NCBI RefSeq assembly: GCF_037042905.1
Contig: NC_087245.1
Span: 1,612,001-1,674,000 of the forward strand
Length of the DNA stretch: 62,000 nt
DNA from: Lytechinus pictus
Taxonomy: Eukaryota
Direction of reading: 5' to 3'
Below the pieces are notes generated by a model. That model saw only the letters and a program-made list of their open reading frames with translations. It searched no databases and was not told the origin of the DNA. Shown piece after piece: positions 38,567 through 51,840 of this stretch (position 1 is its first letter; each line of letters starts with the position of its first letter). A program made the translations under genes and the position numbers.

Positions 38567-38733
38567 TTATATAGGCCCTATAATCGATGAAAAGTCATGA
38601 TCATCACCAGCATGACTATGGTCCAACCATGGTCCCAGCTAGCAAGCCGGACGTTGGTTGGGCCATGCAATGCGGGGTGCCGATGTCGGCCACATTCGGC
38701 GAATATCGGATTCCATAGACCAATGAAAATTAG

Positions 38734-39036
38734 AATACTACGTACGTACGTAATAATACTGCGTACGTACGTAATAATACTGCGTACGTACGTAATAATT
38801 ATCACGTACGTACGTAATAATACTGCGTACGTACGTGATAATACTGCGTACGTACGTAATAATTATCACGTACGTACGTAATAATACTGCGTACGTACGT
38901 AATAATACTGCGTACGTACGTAATAATTATCACGTACGTACGTAATAATTATCACGTACGTACGCAATAATACTGCGTACGTACGTAATAATTATCACGT
39001 ACGTACGTAATAATACTACGTACGTACGTGATAATT
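38734..39036 (-). repeat. Tandem array of 21/22-bp ACGTACGTACG units, right arm (inverted)
   Basis: About 14 units, the reverse complement of the left-arm units. Confidence 0.95.
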
Positions 39037-41639
39037 TTTTTTTTTTGGTTGTCAAAAATGTCCGGTTTGGGGCTTCGTAGAAACACATGCTCAGGAAGGA
39101 ATAAAACTTTGTTTTATTAAAGAGAAAATTAGAATAATTCATATTTCAGGTAATAAAATACAAAAGAATCAGTGAGTGACGTCATCAGTCAGCTCATTTG
39201 CATACCGACCAGGATGTGCATATAACTGTTTTGTGAAATAAGTGAAACTTTAAAATGGCATAACTTTCTTACTTTACATCCGATTTTGATGAGAAATTTT
39301 CAGTGTTATGCTCGTTGTATTTTTCTCTTTTTATTCAAACAAACTTTTTTGGGGGTGGACTTGTCTTTTAAAATGGATGATCTTGGAAGTGAGTCAGCTA
39401 TATAATACTTGGATGAGTTTTAAAGTATTTGAGCCTGATTGTGTGTGTGGGTGTATGCGCGTGTGCTTGTTGATGCGGCGCGTGCATGCGGGTAGGGGTT
39501 GGATGGTGTGTGTGTGTTGGAATGACAAAGAGATTGTAGATGGAGTACAGAGTAGAACATATAGGAGTGGGGGAGGGAGAGCTGAACATTTTATGAAATT
39601 GATATTATGTAGGACTATATGTGTGTGTGCCCGTGTGTTTGTGAGAACTTGGCTATATGCAAGACAAAACATATACATGTTGTAATTGCAAGACACATAA
39701 TAAAGATGATGAGTGAGATGCAACTCTCTATGCTATGTAGTTCATTTTAATCACATGTAAGCTACTATGCTTACCTCATCATGCCTGTAAAGAAATACGT
39801 AACAGCTATTTTACTTGAAGACGCGATAGGTTATACATTCGATATAAATTAATACATAGAATACACAACAAAGTGGTTTTGTTACAAGAAAGTACAAGAA
39901 TATGGACCAGTTTATTCATTGTATATTAAAGTTTAAAAAGGGACTAATGTATTTTCAATAATAAAAAAACGAAGAGGAAGAAGAGTTAGTAGTAAGACGA
40001 CTGAGAAGAATATCCGAAAATCTTACCAGTAGTAAATTAGTAAATATGAGATTAGAGAGAGTGGTCTTGCTCAGACCTGGAAGGTTAAACATTATGTGCG
40101 TGAGAAAGGTCAAGAAATTTATTGATATCTGATCAAACATAATGTTATAACTTTCACGTGTTGATTATAAAACTTTGGTAAACATTATTATCATTAACAT
40201 CAATTAAGCATATTATGATAATCAAAGAAATTTATTGACATACTAAAATTCATATACTTCTGATACATCATACAATTATCAATATTCATTTTATTTTTTT
40301 AATAAATCAAATAGTTAATTAAGGTAGGACTGTTTTATTACATTTTAAACCACCTTATCGAAAAAATGAATGAATGAATGCTTTTACTACTTTCTATGGT
40401 AGAATTCAACTGAGCATGGTATTTTTTTTAATATCTAAAAAATAATAATTTTGTTTGTAGTGTCCTCTTCATATGTTCCTTTATATTTTTAATATTTTCA
40501 ACTTCTCGATGATATGTAGTGACATTATGAGATATATTCCATTACGATAGATGTAACATTTCGATTTTCCAAAATATACTCACACAAATAAAGAAATGAA
40601 AATCAAATCGGAGCAACCAGCTGGGGATTGGTAGACTTAGAAGCATTGTGAACATGCATTTTACCTAAATGCATTTTCAACAACGTATACTATTATGGTT
40701 TATATTTGAACGTTATTTAAGGTGCAAGCTGCAATTTTTTAAAATTATTTTTGGTCTCCCCTCCCCCCTCCCCCCCTCCTTCAACCAAGGGTCGTGGATT
40801 CAAATGCAAGCCATGATGTTAATTCCTTCAGCAATAAATTAAAAGGACTAGTGTGATCGTTAGCTATGATGATAGATGGCGCTCTTCCATAGTTCATAGC
40901 ATATCCATGGCTCCGGTTCATTCATTTCAATTTCAATTCAATTAAAAATTTATTTTCTTCCGATTGACATTACACAGGTTACATCCAATTTCAAATGAAA
41001 ATAAACAGATCCGTAATATAGTAATATAGCAATGAATGTAAATCCAATATATAATTTATGTACAAGGAAGAATGCGTAAAAACCCAGAGAGCAGGTGCTG
41101 GTGTAAGAGTATACAACTCAAGAGTAAGAGTAACAACTACTGAAAAACATACAACAACAATGTGTTGTCATAGTTTCGGATATGTAAGGCCCGGTGCAAG
41201 GCTGTCCATTAAACGATAATACTAGTATAAATGAGATATAACGTTGGAATTAAAAGTCAAATAAAAGCATTCAAAATTACTTTCAAACCTTAATTTTTAA
41301 TATTTACAACATCTGAAAGTGTTGGTACCACCCGATCAACTACAGGGTGTTTCTATAAAAAAAAAGTAGCCAAAGATCAGAGGTCAGCTTTATCAGGGAT
41401 ATATTACTTGTTCTCATGATTTCTATTCTACATAACTGAGTAACTCATTAACTTTGTTCGTACTGATTGACCTTTTGATTATTATTTTAAGTCAAAGCAA
41501 ATTTAGGATGTGGGTTGAATATTCATCCTTTCCGGTATGATCGCTCCGTTGCCGTTACCATGGTTACCGTGTTCTTCTAACGCGTAGTTAGGGTGAATGT
41601 CCATCTTATAAGATTATCACTTGTTCACTAATGTATGTT

Positions 41640-44491
41640 TCATATGTTATTATCATTACTCAATGCCTCTGATAGTCTGGTTGAACGCTTTCTACAACGA
41701 GCACAGTGGAGTGAACAACAGGTTGAACATACACCAATACAACAGAATATAAAAGCGATATATGACGTCAGAGCTTCCAGGCAAGCAAACACGATCATAC
41801 AAACCCCAATAGTCAATAGCTGCGACTGTAATGAATAATGAATAACATGAATAATTGATAATGAATACTGAATAATGATTAATGGATTATGAATAATGAA
41901 TTATGAATTAATCAACAATCAATATTAAATTTGAATGTGTGTTGAAATAATAAAAATGACCACCATTAACATCATTACTTACCTCATCAATTTCACTAGG
42001 ATCGCAAGGGTAATAAATGTATACTATCCCTCGACAGGAATTGGTCCAGTTGATCAACTGAGCAAAGTATGCACCCATGATCATAGTATATGCCATAGTA
42101 AAGAATGATATCAGTGATAGGATCATGTATGCACCAATCTGGAAGAATGATATACAGTAGATTGTCATAATAACAAATTAGGCCCATATTGGATGGTTTT
42201 AAATATAAGATCCACCTGATTATTTTGAATTAATGAATTGATCAATGAATTAATGCATTAAACATTAAAATGAATAAACGAATGATTTATATTCCGCCTG
42301 ATTATTTTAAATTAATGAATTGATCAATGAATTAATGCATATTATATCAATATACTGTTTTAAAACTAACCGTGTAGGAATTTAGAATGTCTGGATGAAA
42401 ATTTGTCATTCGATATTCTAAATAGCTATTCGAATGAAAGAGAAGCAATAACATGCAATGATTTAAAGATGAGATCCGTATTTTTATGTGACACGTTTAA
42501 AGGTCAAGTCCACGCCAGAAAAATGTTTACTTGAATAATTAGAGAAAAATCAAACTAGCATAACGCTGAAAATTACATCAAAATCGGATGTAAAATAAGA
42601 AAGTTATGACATTTTAAAGTTTCACTTATTTTTGACAAAATAGTGACATGCACGACTCAGTGACATGCAAATGAGACAGTCGATGATGTCCCTCACTCAC
42701 TATTTCTTTTGTGTTTTATTGTTTGAATTATACAATTTTTCATTTATTACAGATTTGACAATAATGACCAACTTGACTGAACCATATAATGTTAAAGTAA
42801 TGGTAATAGCACATAATTATTCAGGGACGAATTTATCGTTGTTTCACTTGACAATGGGGAGTTTCATATTTCATATAATGAAATACAACAGAAATAGTAA
42901 TGGATGACATCATCAGTCTCCTCATTTGCATACCGACCAGGATCTGCATATAACTATTTTGTGAAATTAAGCGAACTTTAAAAATGTCATAACTTTCCTA
43001 CTTTACATCCGATTTTAATGAAATTTTCAGTGTTATGCTTATTAAATTTTTCTATTTTGATTCAAATCAAGATTTTGTTGGGATGGACTTGTCCTTTAAT
43101 CAGTTTTAATGATACACTCTGATAATATGTCTTGGCTTCATTCCTTCTTCAATATAATTAATGCAATACCAAGGAAAACTTACTACGATTCTGTTCATAT
43201 CAAATGATAGAACGCCGACGGTGCCGCATGTAAATACCTAGGGCAAAGCATAAAAATGGCGAAACATACTTAGAATTATACTGGAAAAATATATTGAGAC
43301 ATGACTCGATGCGTGGGTAAATACTGTGGCGTCGTCCGGCTAAATTAATTACAAAAAGTGTATTTTTATTATGTTACCATGGAACTATCCATGATGTTAC
43401 AGTGGACATGGTGGACATCATTCAATAATAGTGACAAAATATATTCCTTTTTATTAAATTTATTTATTTATTTTGTATTATTTAAACAGGGTAACCCCAT
43501 CAGTCTAAAGGGGGCCCTGTATAACATAAAACAACGCAAAATGCAAGCATAAATACAATACAAATCACAATGAAAATATGATTATTTGTTTTCTGGAAAA
43601 AGTGCAGTGCCAAGAGTGATTAGGATGATGTATTTGACATAAAATGGTCATTAAAGGTAAATGGGCTCATGGTAGTTTTGGATCACAGAGTCCCGTCTTA
43701 GCTAAACTTAAATATATTTCTAAGATCATAGGCTTAGGCCTTTCTGAATACAAAATATTAAATCCAAAAACTAATATGGATCTTATTCATTGGCCCGTGT
43801 TCAGAGTTTCTATTTGCAGGCCTATACTATCCCAGGCCTTAAATTTTGTAATGTTTAGCGCCAAGGCCACGTCACAGGGTGCACTTTGATAAATGGGGGG
43901 GGGGGGGGGGGACTTAAAGGTTATACAACATTACCAAGGCCAATTAGAGTGGTATTGAGGTCAATCGACATAAATGACCTTGGGTGGCCTTCTAACCCTT
44001 GTTATTTCTCATTCTATGGTACGATAATGAAGTAAAGAATATCAAACATCATACGGTATAGATTGAAAGAGTACATTAATAGTATATGATAAACTAGGAT
44101 TTAGCATCCGGGATACCCTTCATTATTTTATGCATAGAGTTCAGACTTCTTAACATGGACAATATTATCCGGAGAGTCTTACCAGAACACCAATAGACAT
44201 ATTCACACAGAATGCTTCTATGGCTCCGTGTAGGATCAGCATCACACTACTCAACGTGATAATGGCCATGCTCCACAGGAGCTGCAAAGAACCGGTCAAA
44301 CGTCCCGACGTCCTACTATATTCCAGGAACAATCTCGGGCAGGGACAACACTTGTTCTTTGATGGCTTATCAAGGTTGTAAATGACAAACTTGGATGTGT
44401 CGTTGGTGATGATGGTCACTCCAGCACTGACCGTACTGCCCTCGAGGGAGACCTCATCAGCAGAGATGGGAATGTTTCTATTAGTCAGCAT
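41640..44491 (-). CDS. MS4A/CD20-like four-transmembrane protein, 234 aa: complement(join(41640..41825,41983..42138,43184..43237,44183..44491))
   Basis: Four phase-0 GT-AG exons (309, 54, 156, 186 nt). TM1 GSLQLLWSMAIITLSSVML, TM2 SIGVLVFTCGTVGV, TM3 IGAYMILSLISFFTMAYTMIMGA, a loop with two Cys, and TM4 IGVCMIVFACLEALTSYIAFIFCC followed by a Cys-rich tail. The G..Q in TM1 and LE...S...CC in TM4 are CD20-family hallmarks. The ATG lies directly after an acceptor, so an upstream exon is likely. Confidence 0.8.
42501..43095. mobile_element. Kolobok-like MITE, family K copy 3 (intact), in MS4A-like intron
   Basis: TTAA|AGGTCAAGTCCAC ... TGGACTTGTCCT|TTAA. RR..YY ends with a TTAA TSD match Kolobok. 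Confidence 0.8.
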
Positions 44492-45034
44492 CTGTAAGAA
44501 ATTCGACCAGATCAAAAAATATTGCGATCTCCTCTCTCATCTTTCAGCGCATGTGTGTGTGTTGATGAGGGTGTGGGGGTGTGTGTGTGTGTATGTCTGG
44601 TTGTCAATGCAATCGGATTGTTACTTGCAGGGGGCCCTTACAACAAGCTCTTGCTATTTGTTTTTTAATAAATGGTTGAAATAATAAATGAAAAGAAGAA
44701 CAAATTAAATTATTTTTATTCTAAGGGCTTTGCATTGCCTCCCCCTCCCACACGCATTTGCATTAATGGTTTTAATTCAGTAACATGCTTCGTTTTTATG
44801 GTTAACCATACATGCCATAGGGACCTCAATCTAAAACTATAGAGCTATATCAAATCAGATGCCTCTATATTGGTTCATGGGTTTGTTACACATTTTTGTA
44901 GCTATTAACATTTGGAACATTAAACGAAAGGTTAATGTCATTAATGTAAACTATGCACTAATTGTTTTTGTAAACATTTTAAACGCCATTACTCTGGGTG
45001 GAATATCACTCGGATTTAGTCATGGAATTAGATA

Positions 45035-47971
45035 AAGTCCAGGATAGGACCCATAGAAAGTTGACAAATCTGGAATCTGGATGATGCCACTCGTGTAACC
45101 TTGAGCATTTTCCGCAATATCCAATATGGCCGCCAAAATACGCAAATTACACATGAAAATCATAAAATTGTTCACACATTGGCTATGAAATGCATGATAT
45201 TGTGTGGTAGGAGTGAAATACTCTCTGAAAAAATAATTTTTGACAAAATATTTATTTTCCTGATATTCAAAATGGCCGCCATAGGCCATTGTATACTCTT
45301 ATGTACAATATGAATAGGGAAAACTAATTTTCACAAAAATTAGCACTAAACTGCAAAAAAATCGCGATGTATAAACGAAGTAATATATGCAAATCATCAT
45401 TGCTAACGAGATATATCATTTATTATGTCATATATGGGAACATTGCTGTATTTTGATATCTAAAATAGCCGCCACTGGCCCAAAGAGTATTATGTACAAT
45501 GGCAATGGCCGGGACCAAAAATGTGAGCACTAAAATGCATATTATTAACATAAACGAGTGGAATACTGACTAAATACATAATTGTTAATATGCCATTTAT
45601 GTGATAAATGCTGTATTTTGAAATTCAAAATGGCCGCCATAGGCCCTATATTTATCATGTACAATGCAGATGGAGAAACTAATTTTCACACGAGTAAGAA
45701 ACATAAAATGCATGTAATTGTGATCTACGAGTAAAATATTGTCTGACAACATGTTTTATAGCAAGACATATCATTTCTTTTGTCATGCATGAGATAAATG
45801 CTGTATTATGAAATTCAAAATGGCCCCTATAGGCCCTAACAGTATTATCTACAATGTGAATGGGGACATATAATTCTGTAAGAATTTGGATTTGCTTGAC
45901 TATGACATCCATATAATCCTGTTGTATGAGTAAAATGTTATTTGAAAACACATTTTTGTTTATAAATTATAGCATTTCTTCTGCCATATAGGTGATAAAT
46001 ACTGTATTTTGACATTCAAAATAACCTCTACAAGCCCTAACTAAATTATGTAACATGCGAATAGGGAAACTAATTTTCACAAGAGTGAGAATCATAAAAT
46101 GCATATAACTGTGATGTACGAAACATGATTTCTAACTTGTGTTTTTAATCGGACCATAATGTAGTAATCAAGGGAGTCGGCTTTGACAGGTCAATGGTCT
46201 TTCTGACTTCCTACATCCGCTACATTTTATTTTCATTTCTTTTATATTTCTACCATTTTTTATTGCTTATACTGTGATTTAAATTCTTTTACTCTTTTGT
46301 TGTTGTATACTTGTACATATGTTTGTTTGTTTTTAAAGGATGTCAAATAAATGAATTGAAAAAAAATTAAATAAAGAAATACATCACATATTTGTCGTAG
46401 AGGTAATAAATGCTGTACTTTGAAATCCGAAATGGCTGCCATAGGTCCTAAAAGTATTGTGTACATTGTAACATGGGACATATAATTTTGACAGAATTTG
46501 GCTTTGCTTGACTCTAAAAATTGCATATAATTGTGAATTGTGGTGTAAGGGTGAAATATTGTCTAAGACCATGGTTTCTAACGAGATACATCATAATGTT
46601 GTGTAATTAACGTGATAAATTCTGCATTTTTATAATGGAAAATGGCCACCATAAACCCTTATCGTATAATATACAATTTGGGTGGAGATAAATAATGTTC
46701 ACAAAAAGGGCATATGGCAGCCATTTTGAATGTAGAAATACCGTATTTATCACCTAAATTACACAAGATATGATATATTTTGTTATAAATCATGTTTTCA
46801 GACAATATTTCACTCATACATCACCATTTGGCCAAGCAAAGCCAAATTCTGTTGAAATGATTTGTTCCCATTCACATTGTGCATAATACCGTAAGGGCCT
46901 GTAGCGGTCATTTTGACTTTCAAATAACAATATTTATCACCTAACTGGCAGAATAAATGATATATTATAATAGAAATTATGCTTTCAGACAATATTTTAC
47001 TCATAGATCACTATTACGTGCATTTATGGTGCTCACTCCTGTGAATATTGGTTTCCCAGTTAGCATTGTACATAATACATTTAATGTCTATGGCGGCCAT
47101 TTTGAAAGTCAAAATACAGTATTTAACACAAACTTGAAATCTGAATGATATATTTCGTTAGAAAATACGTTTTTAGACAGTATCCCATTAATTTATCACA
47201 TATATATATGCATTTTAGTGCTCACTCTTGTGATTTCTTTGCTCCTCTTTCTCATTGTGCATAATACTTTTAGGGCATTTGGCAGCCATTTTAAATATCA
47301 AAATACAACATTCATCACATACATGGCATACTAATAATATATTTCGTTAAAAATTATGTTTTTATGCTAGTATTCCACTCGTTTAATCTTAATAATATGC
47401 ATTTTAGTGATCACTCTTGTGAATTTTTTGGCCCCCATTGCCATTGTACGCGATACTGTTTGGGCCAGTGGTGGCTATTTTAGATATCAAAATACAGCAA
47501 TGTTCCCATATATGACATAATAAATGATATATCTCCTTAGTAATGATGATTTGCATATACTGTATGACTTCGTTCATACATCGCGATTTTTTGCAGTTTA
47601 GTGCTCATTTTTGTGAAAATTAGTTTTCCCTATTCATATTGTACATAAGAGTATACAATGGCCTATGGCGGCCATTTTGAATATCAGGAAAATAAATATT
47701 TTGTCAAAATTATTTTTTCAGAGAGTCTTTCACTCCTGCCACACAATTTCATGCATTTCATAGCCAATGTGCGGTCAATTTTATGATTTTCATGGGTAAT
47801 TTGCATATTTTGGCGGCCATATTGGATTTTGCCAATTTGCGGAAAATGCTCAAGGTTACACGAGTGGCATCATTCAGATTCGTAATATCAGCACCCTCGA
47901 ATTGACAAGAAACCATAAAAAAATATTGTATATATAAAAAAACAAGGTTATGCCTCTTCTATCCTGGACTA
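45035..47971. mobile_element. Large foldback element (possibly Academ-like) with long inverted arms of AAAATGGCCGCCAT-containing repeats
   Basis: Termini (A/T)AGTCCAGGATAG with a 3-bp ATA on both flanks (45032-45034, 47972-47974). 45073-45500 is a close reverse complement of ~47460-47880, and weaker inverted homology extends inward. Confidence 0.75.
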
Positions 47972-49387
47972 ATATAAACTCGCTTATAGACCAATTCATA
48001 TTTAGGAAAAGGGTTAATTAAATGTTATACATGTATAAGGCGGTGACACATTGAGCGTCCATTTAAACGTGTTTGAATGTTCTTCCATTGAAGAGTAATT
48101 TTTAAAGTTGATATGAATCCCACCGCTGCCATCATTTTCGAAAATTATATTGTAGACTATTAGCTCTATTTGCGAGTTCGATCCAACACAGAACAAGTCC
48201 AGACATAAATGACACAGGAAAGATATATCTTGCAAGATTGAAGTCCAGTGCTCTACTGCTTTTTTGCAACTCAGAAATAATTAAGATATTATCAAACTAA
48301 GGAGTATTAACCAATCAAACTAAAGAGAATTGAAAATTTAAATTAAAACGTAAGAGTCCAATTCATAAAAAGGAAGAACTAGGATGGGGATGGATAAATG
48401 ATCAGGGTGATTAATGTAATTGAAGAATGTTTAAAATAAGAAACCAGACGTTAGAATGGAATGAATTAGCAAATCTGAATAGGAAAATAAAAAATGAAGA
48501 TGACGAGAGAAGTAGGATAAAGATGTGATGAATAAGAACATAAGAAGCTATACATGTAGAAAGCTTGCTAGAATAAGTACCAAACTGGATTGAATTTAAC
48601 ACCTAACTTAGCTTTAAGGAAAAGCTTTAAGGATTCCAAGCTTTTTCAAGCCCATGTCTTGTATATAAACTTCGTCATTGCATTCTTAAAATAGATAAAA
48701 CCCATTTCTAAACAAAACAACAAAGAAGTAATATATCTCTTCATGCTGTTTGAATTGATCTATTAGGCCTATATTTCACATAGATGTACACGTTCTTATA
48801 ATTTTCAAGAATAAAAACATTTATATTTATAAATAAATCTGTGATAAGAAAGATGAACGTGATATTAATTATTTATGCAATTTGACCCTTACCTTAGTTG
48901 AATATAGCCTTCACAGATTTTCTGCGCGACAAAAAAAAACCAATGCCAATTCAAATGCAATCTCTAGTTGATCCAATCTCGTGCGTCATTTTATTTACCA
49001 AATTACATGTAATTTTCACTAAACGCCATATACAACTACTATTCTACACTGTCTTCCATCATCGAAGTATTTTCCAGAACCATAATAGGCGACAGGTGGT
49101 TGTGTGTTAATGCATAATAATGACGTTATTATAATATGATATGCAGGATCAATATTTTTCCCATCCCACGGATTCCGAAAGCTATCAATACTAGGTCAAC
49201 AGAGGGTGTCTTGTGGAAATGAAAAAAAAAAACGAGTCCATTAAAACCATCTTGCATAATATAATGTGAAGGAGTTTTCCCCAGTTTCGTATCACAAATT
49301 TCTTTAGTATACATGTAGGCCCACATGAACCTGGGAAGCGGTGGTGATGTTGGCGTGAAGTTGATTGGATATCAATTATGCGAGAAT

Positions 49388-49565
49388 CTGGTGGGTGTTT
49401 CATGAAAGTTGTCAGCACTGACTAAATTGTCATTCAGTGCTGACAATGTCAATGAAATCCTTGGTTTTGATTGGCTGGAAAGCACTGGCCTCTGACTGTT
49501 ACTATGGTAACTGTCGGAAAAAGACAACTTGTCAGTGCTGACAACTTTCATGAAACGGTCCCCAG
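49388..49565. mobile_element. Short MITE, family A-related copy 3
   Basis: CTGGTGGGTGTTTCATGAAAGTTGTCAGCACTGAC ... GTCAGTGCTGACAACTTTCATGAAACGGTCCCCAG. Confidence 0.75.
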
Positions 49566-49726
49566 GTGAAAGTAATTACATTGGTCCAACGTGATTTTGT
49601 GATACGTTGCAAACATTTCATAAATGCTGATATGTCGACCCCGGATGTCGACGTTGGCGTGATGTAAGTTTAATGTCAGTTTGCCGACACACGCCGACAT
49701 CGGCTCAACGCCATTTGCTAGCTAGG

Positions 49727-49803
<77 letters not shown>

Positions 49804-49804
49804 T

Positions 49805-49843
<39 letters not shown>

Positions 49844-49885
49844 TATACTAATACCATTACTTCTACTACCACTACTACAACAACA

Positions 49886-49937
<52 letters not shown>

Positions 49938-49950
49938 GTAGTAGTAGTAC
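49727..49950. repeat. (TAC)n microsatellite
   Basis: Long, nearly pure TAC run with a degenerate middle and a short inverted (TAG)n end. Confidence 0.95.
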
Positions 49951-51599
49951 TCAACCCGTATTTATATCATGAAACCAAAGAACTAAATGAATCGAATAGA
50001 AGAAAATATTACAAAATTGAGCGTGGTAAAAAATAAATGTAAATTTTATTCGCATTATTCATGATACGTTTGCTGCGTTACAATTAATCATACAAAGATA
50101 CATGGCGTGACAATATTTCCACCACTTATTTCAGGAAGCATGTAAGGTTCGTTGGATGGCAAGGCTAAATATGGCGGGCCATGTTACAGCACATTTTGGT
50201 AAATTACCAAAATGTGCAATTTACCCGATTTACCGTACCAGGCCTCAGAACTTACTAAATGTCATACAGCAGCATTATTCTTTCTTTTCAATAGTTACTA
50301 AAGATTCTAAATATAACGATTGAAATTCAATTTTGAACATTATAACCAATTTATTTCTTTTAGTTTATGAGTACCGTTTAACAATATCAAAATTTCAATT
50401 ATAGTATCATCCGCACAACCAACATATACAATAGTTTGCATACATACGACAATAATAGTTTGAGTATTTCGGATTATAGAATGATACATGACAGACTAAA
50501 TGCATAAGCAATACTAAAAATATTCCTAATTGAAAATGATTTATATTTCACTAATCTATAATAAACAAAACATATGATACCAAGGTATAATTGATTACGT
50601 TATGTGTGTTATAATGTCTAAAGATATGAATAGTATAGAAAAACTTATATCTCAACACATCTAACAACTCCAGTCAACTTGACGCGGAAAGTACAAATGA
50701 TTATAATTATAGTAAATGTAGAACTGACCTGCAAAAGCAATAAATAGTAGAGATTGAATAACAACTTCTTAATTAGATTTCCTCAATTCAGTATGGTTAG
50801 TCGTGTGCCTCTATGCCAATTATTTTACTACAGTCTGTCAATTTTTTATACAATCGTGTCAATGTTGGTGTGAACATTTGATAAGTCAAATCTGACGAGA
50901 TTTGTATATCAATTATGTTTGAAAATGTATATTAAACACTTCAAATTAAAGCACGACCTACAATTCAGCATTTTTCCAAAGGAATGATTGCATATTGTAA
51001 AATATAGACATGTTTAATGACATTTCGATAAAAGTAATTTTAGAAATGATGATTAATAATACCAAAATCAGATATGTCTATCAATAATTGCCCGAAAAAA
51101 ACATATTTTTTAATAGATAAAAAAAAAGATTTCAGGAAATTATTGTTGAATGTTAGATAGTCTAAGATAAAAGTGAATTTCGTAATCATAATCTATTCAT
51201 TTAATTATTCATTTATTATTTAGTTATTTATTCATTTATTTATTATCATTATTTTTTTTTTTTTTTTATTTACCCGGGATAACCCCGTCAGTGAAATAGG
51301 CACTGCTTTTCTTGGGGGTCCTGTAAAAAATGACAAAGAACACTTTATCAAATAAGTTTATCTTATCACCATTCACCGTGAGCATTTTTACGTAAATAAC
51401 TGTTTAAAAATTGCTAGCATTTACGAAAAGCATTTGATTCGCTTTGTATCATACAGCATTCCGACAAAATGGAGTTCAAATTGTGCTCGAGATATTTGAA
51501 AAGCAAAAAAAAAAGGGTTACACTACAAAATGGATGTCCTTTTGGTTACATTTTTCGATTTTTCACACCTTCCAGAATACCTTGGGGGTGCTTCCTATG

Positions 51600-51838
51600 G
51601 AGAATAATAATAAATAATTATAATAATAATCATAATAATAATAATAATAATAATAAAGTATAATAACAATAGCTATTTTATATAGCCCTTTTCCCATAAT
51701 GGCCCAAAGCGCTTTACAGCATATTATTACACCGGTCGTCGGATCCTTGCATGTCCGCATACAATGTATGCACTTTCTACACTCCCTGGGGAGCATTCCA
51801 ACTAGAGTTCCAAGACTCAGTTGCTAGGCATTCTACAT
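51600..51838 (-). mobile_element. 3' part of a SINE/LINE with an L2-like tail
   Basis: Minus strand reads GGAATGCTCCCCAGGGAGTG ... CTGTAAAGCGCTTTGGGCC..GGGCTATATAAA followed by an (ATT)n tail. Confidence 0.55.
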
Positions 51839-51840
51839 AT

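Larger units (their letters stand above)
32936..39079. mobile_element. IS3EU-like non-autonomous foldback transposon with subterminal ACGTACGTACG tandem arrays
   Basis: Perfect TIR TACGAAGCCCCAAACCGGACATTTTTGACA at both ends and 6-bp TSD GAAACA (32930-32935, 39080-39085). TAY..RTA ends with a 6-bp TSD match the IS3EU description; the superfamily call is an inference. Confidence 0.8.
32699..39367. mobile_element. Kolobok-like MITE, family K copy 2, split by a 6.1-kb nested insertion
   Basis: Left half (32699-32935) and right half (39080-39367, ending GGGGTGGACTTGTCTT|TTAA) are colinear with the intact copy at 42501-43095. Confidence 0.75.

Noticed and set aside
49673..49972. Poly-Tyr/Thr and poly-Val/Ser ORFs
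   Set aside because: Artefacts of the (TAC)n microsatellite.
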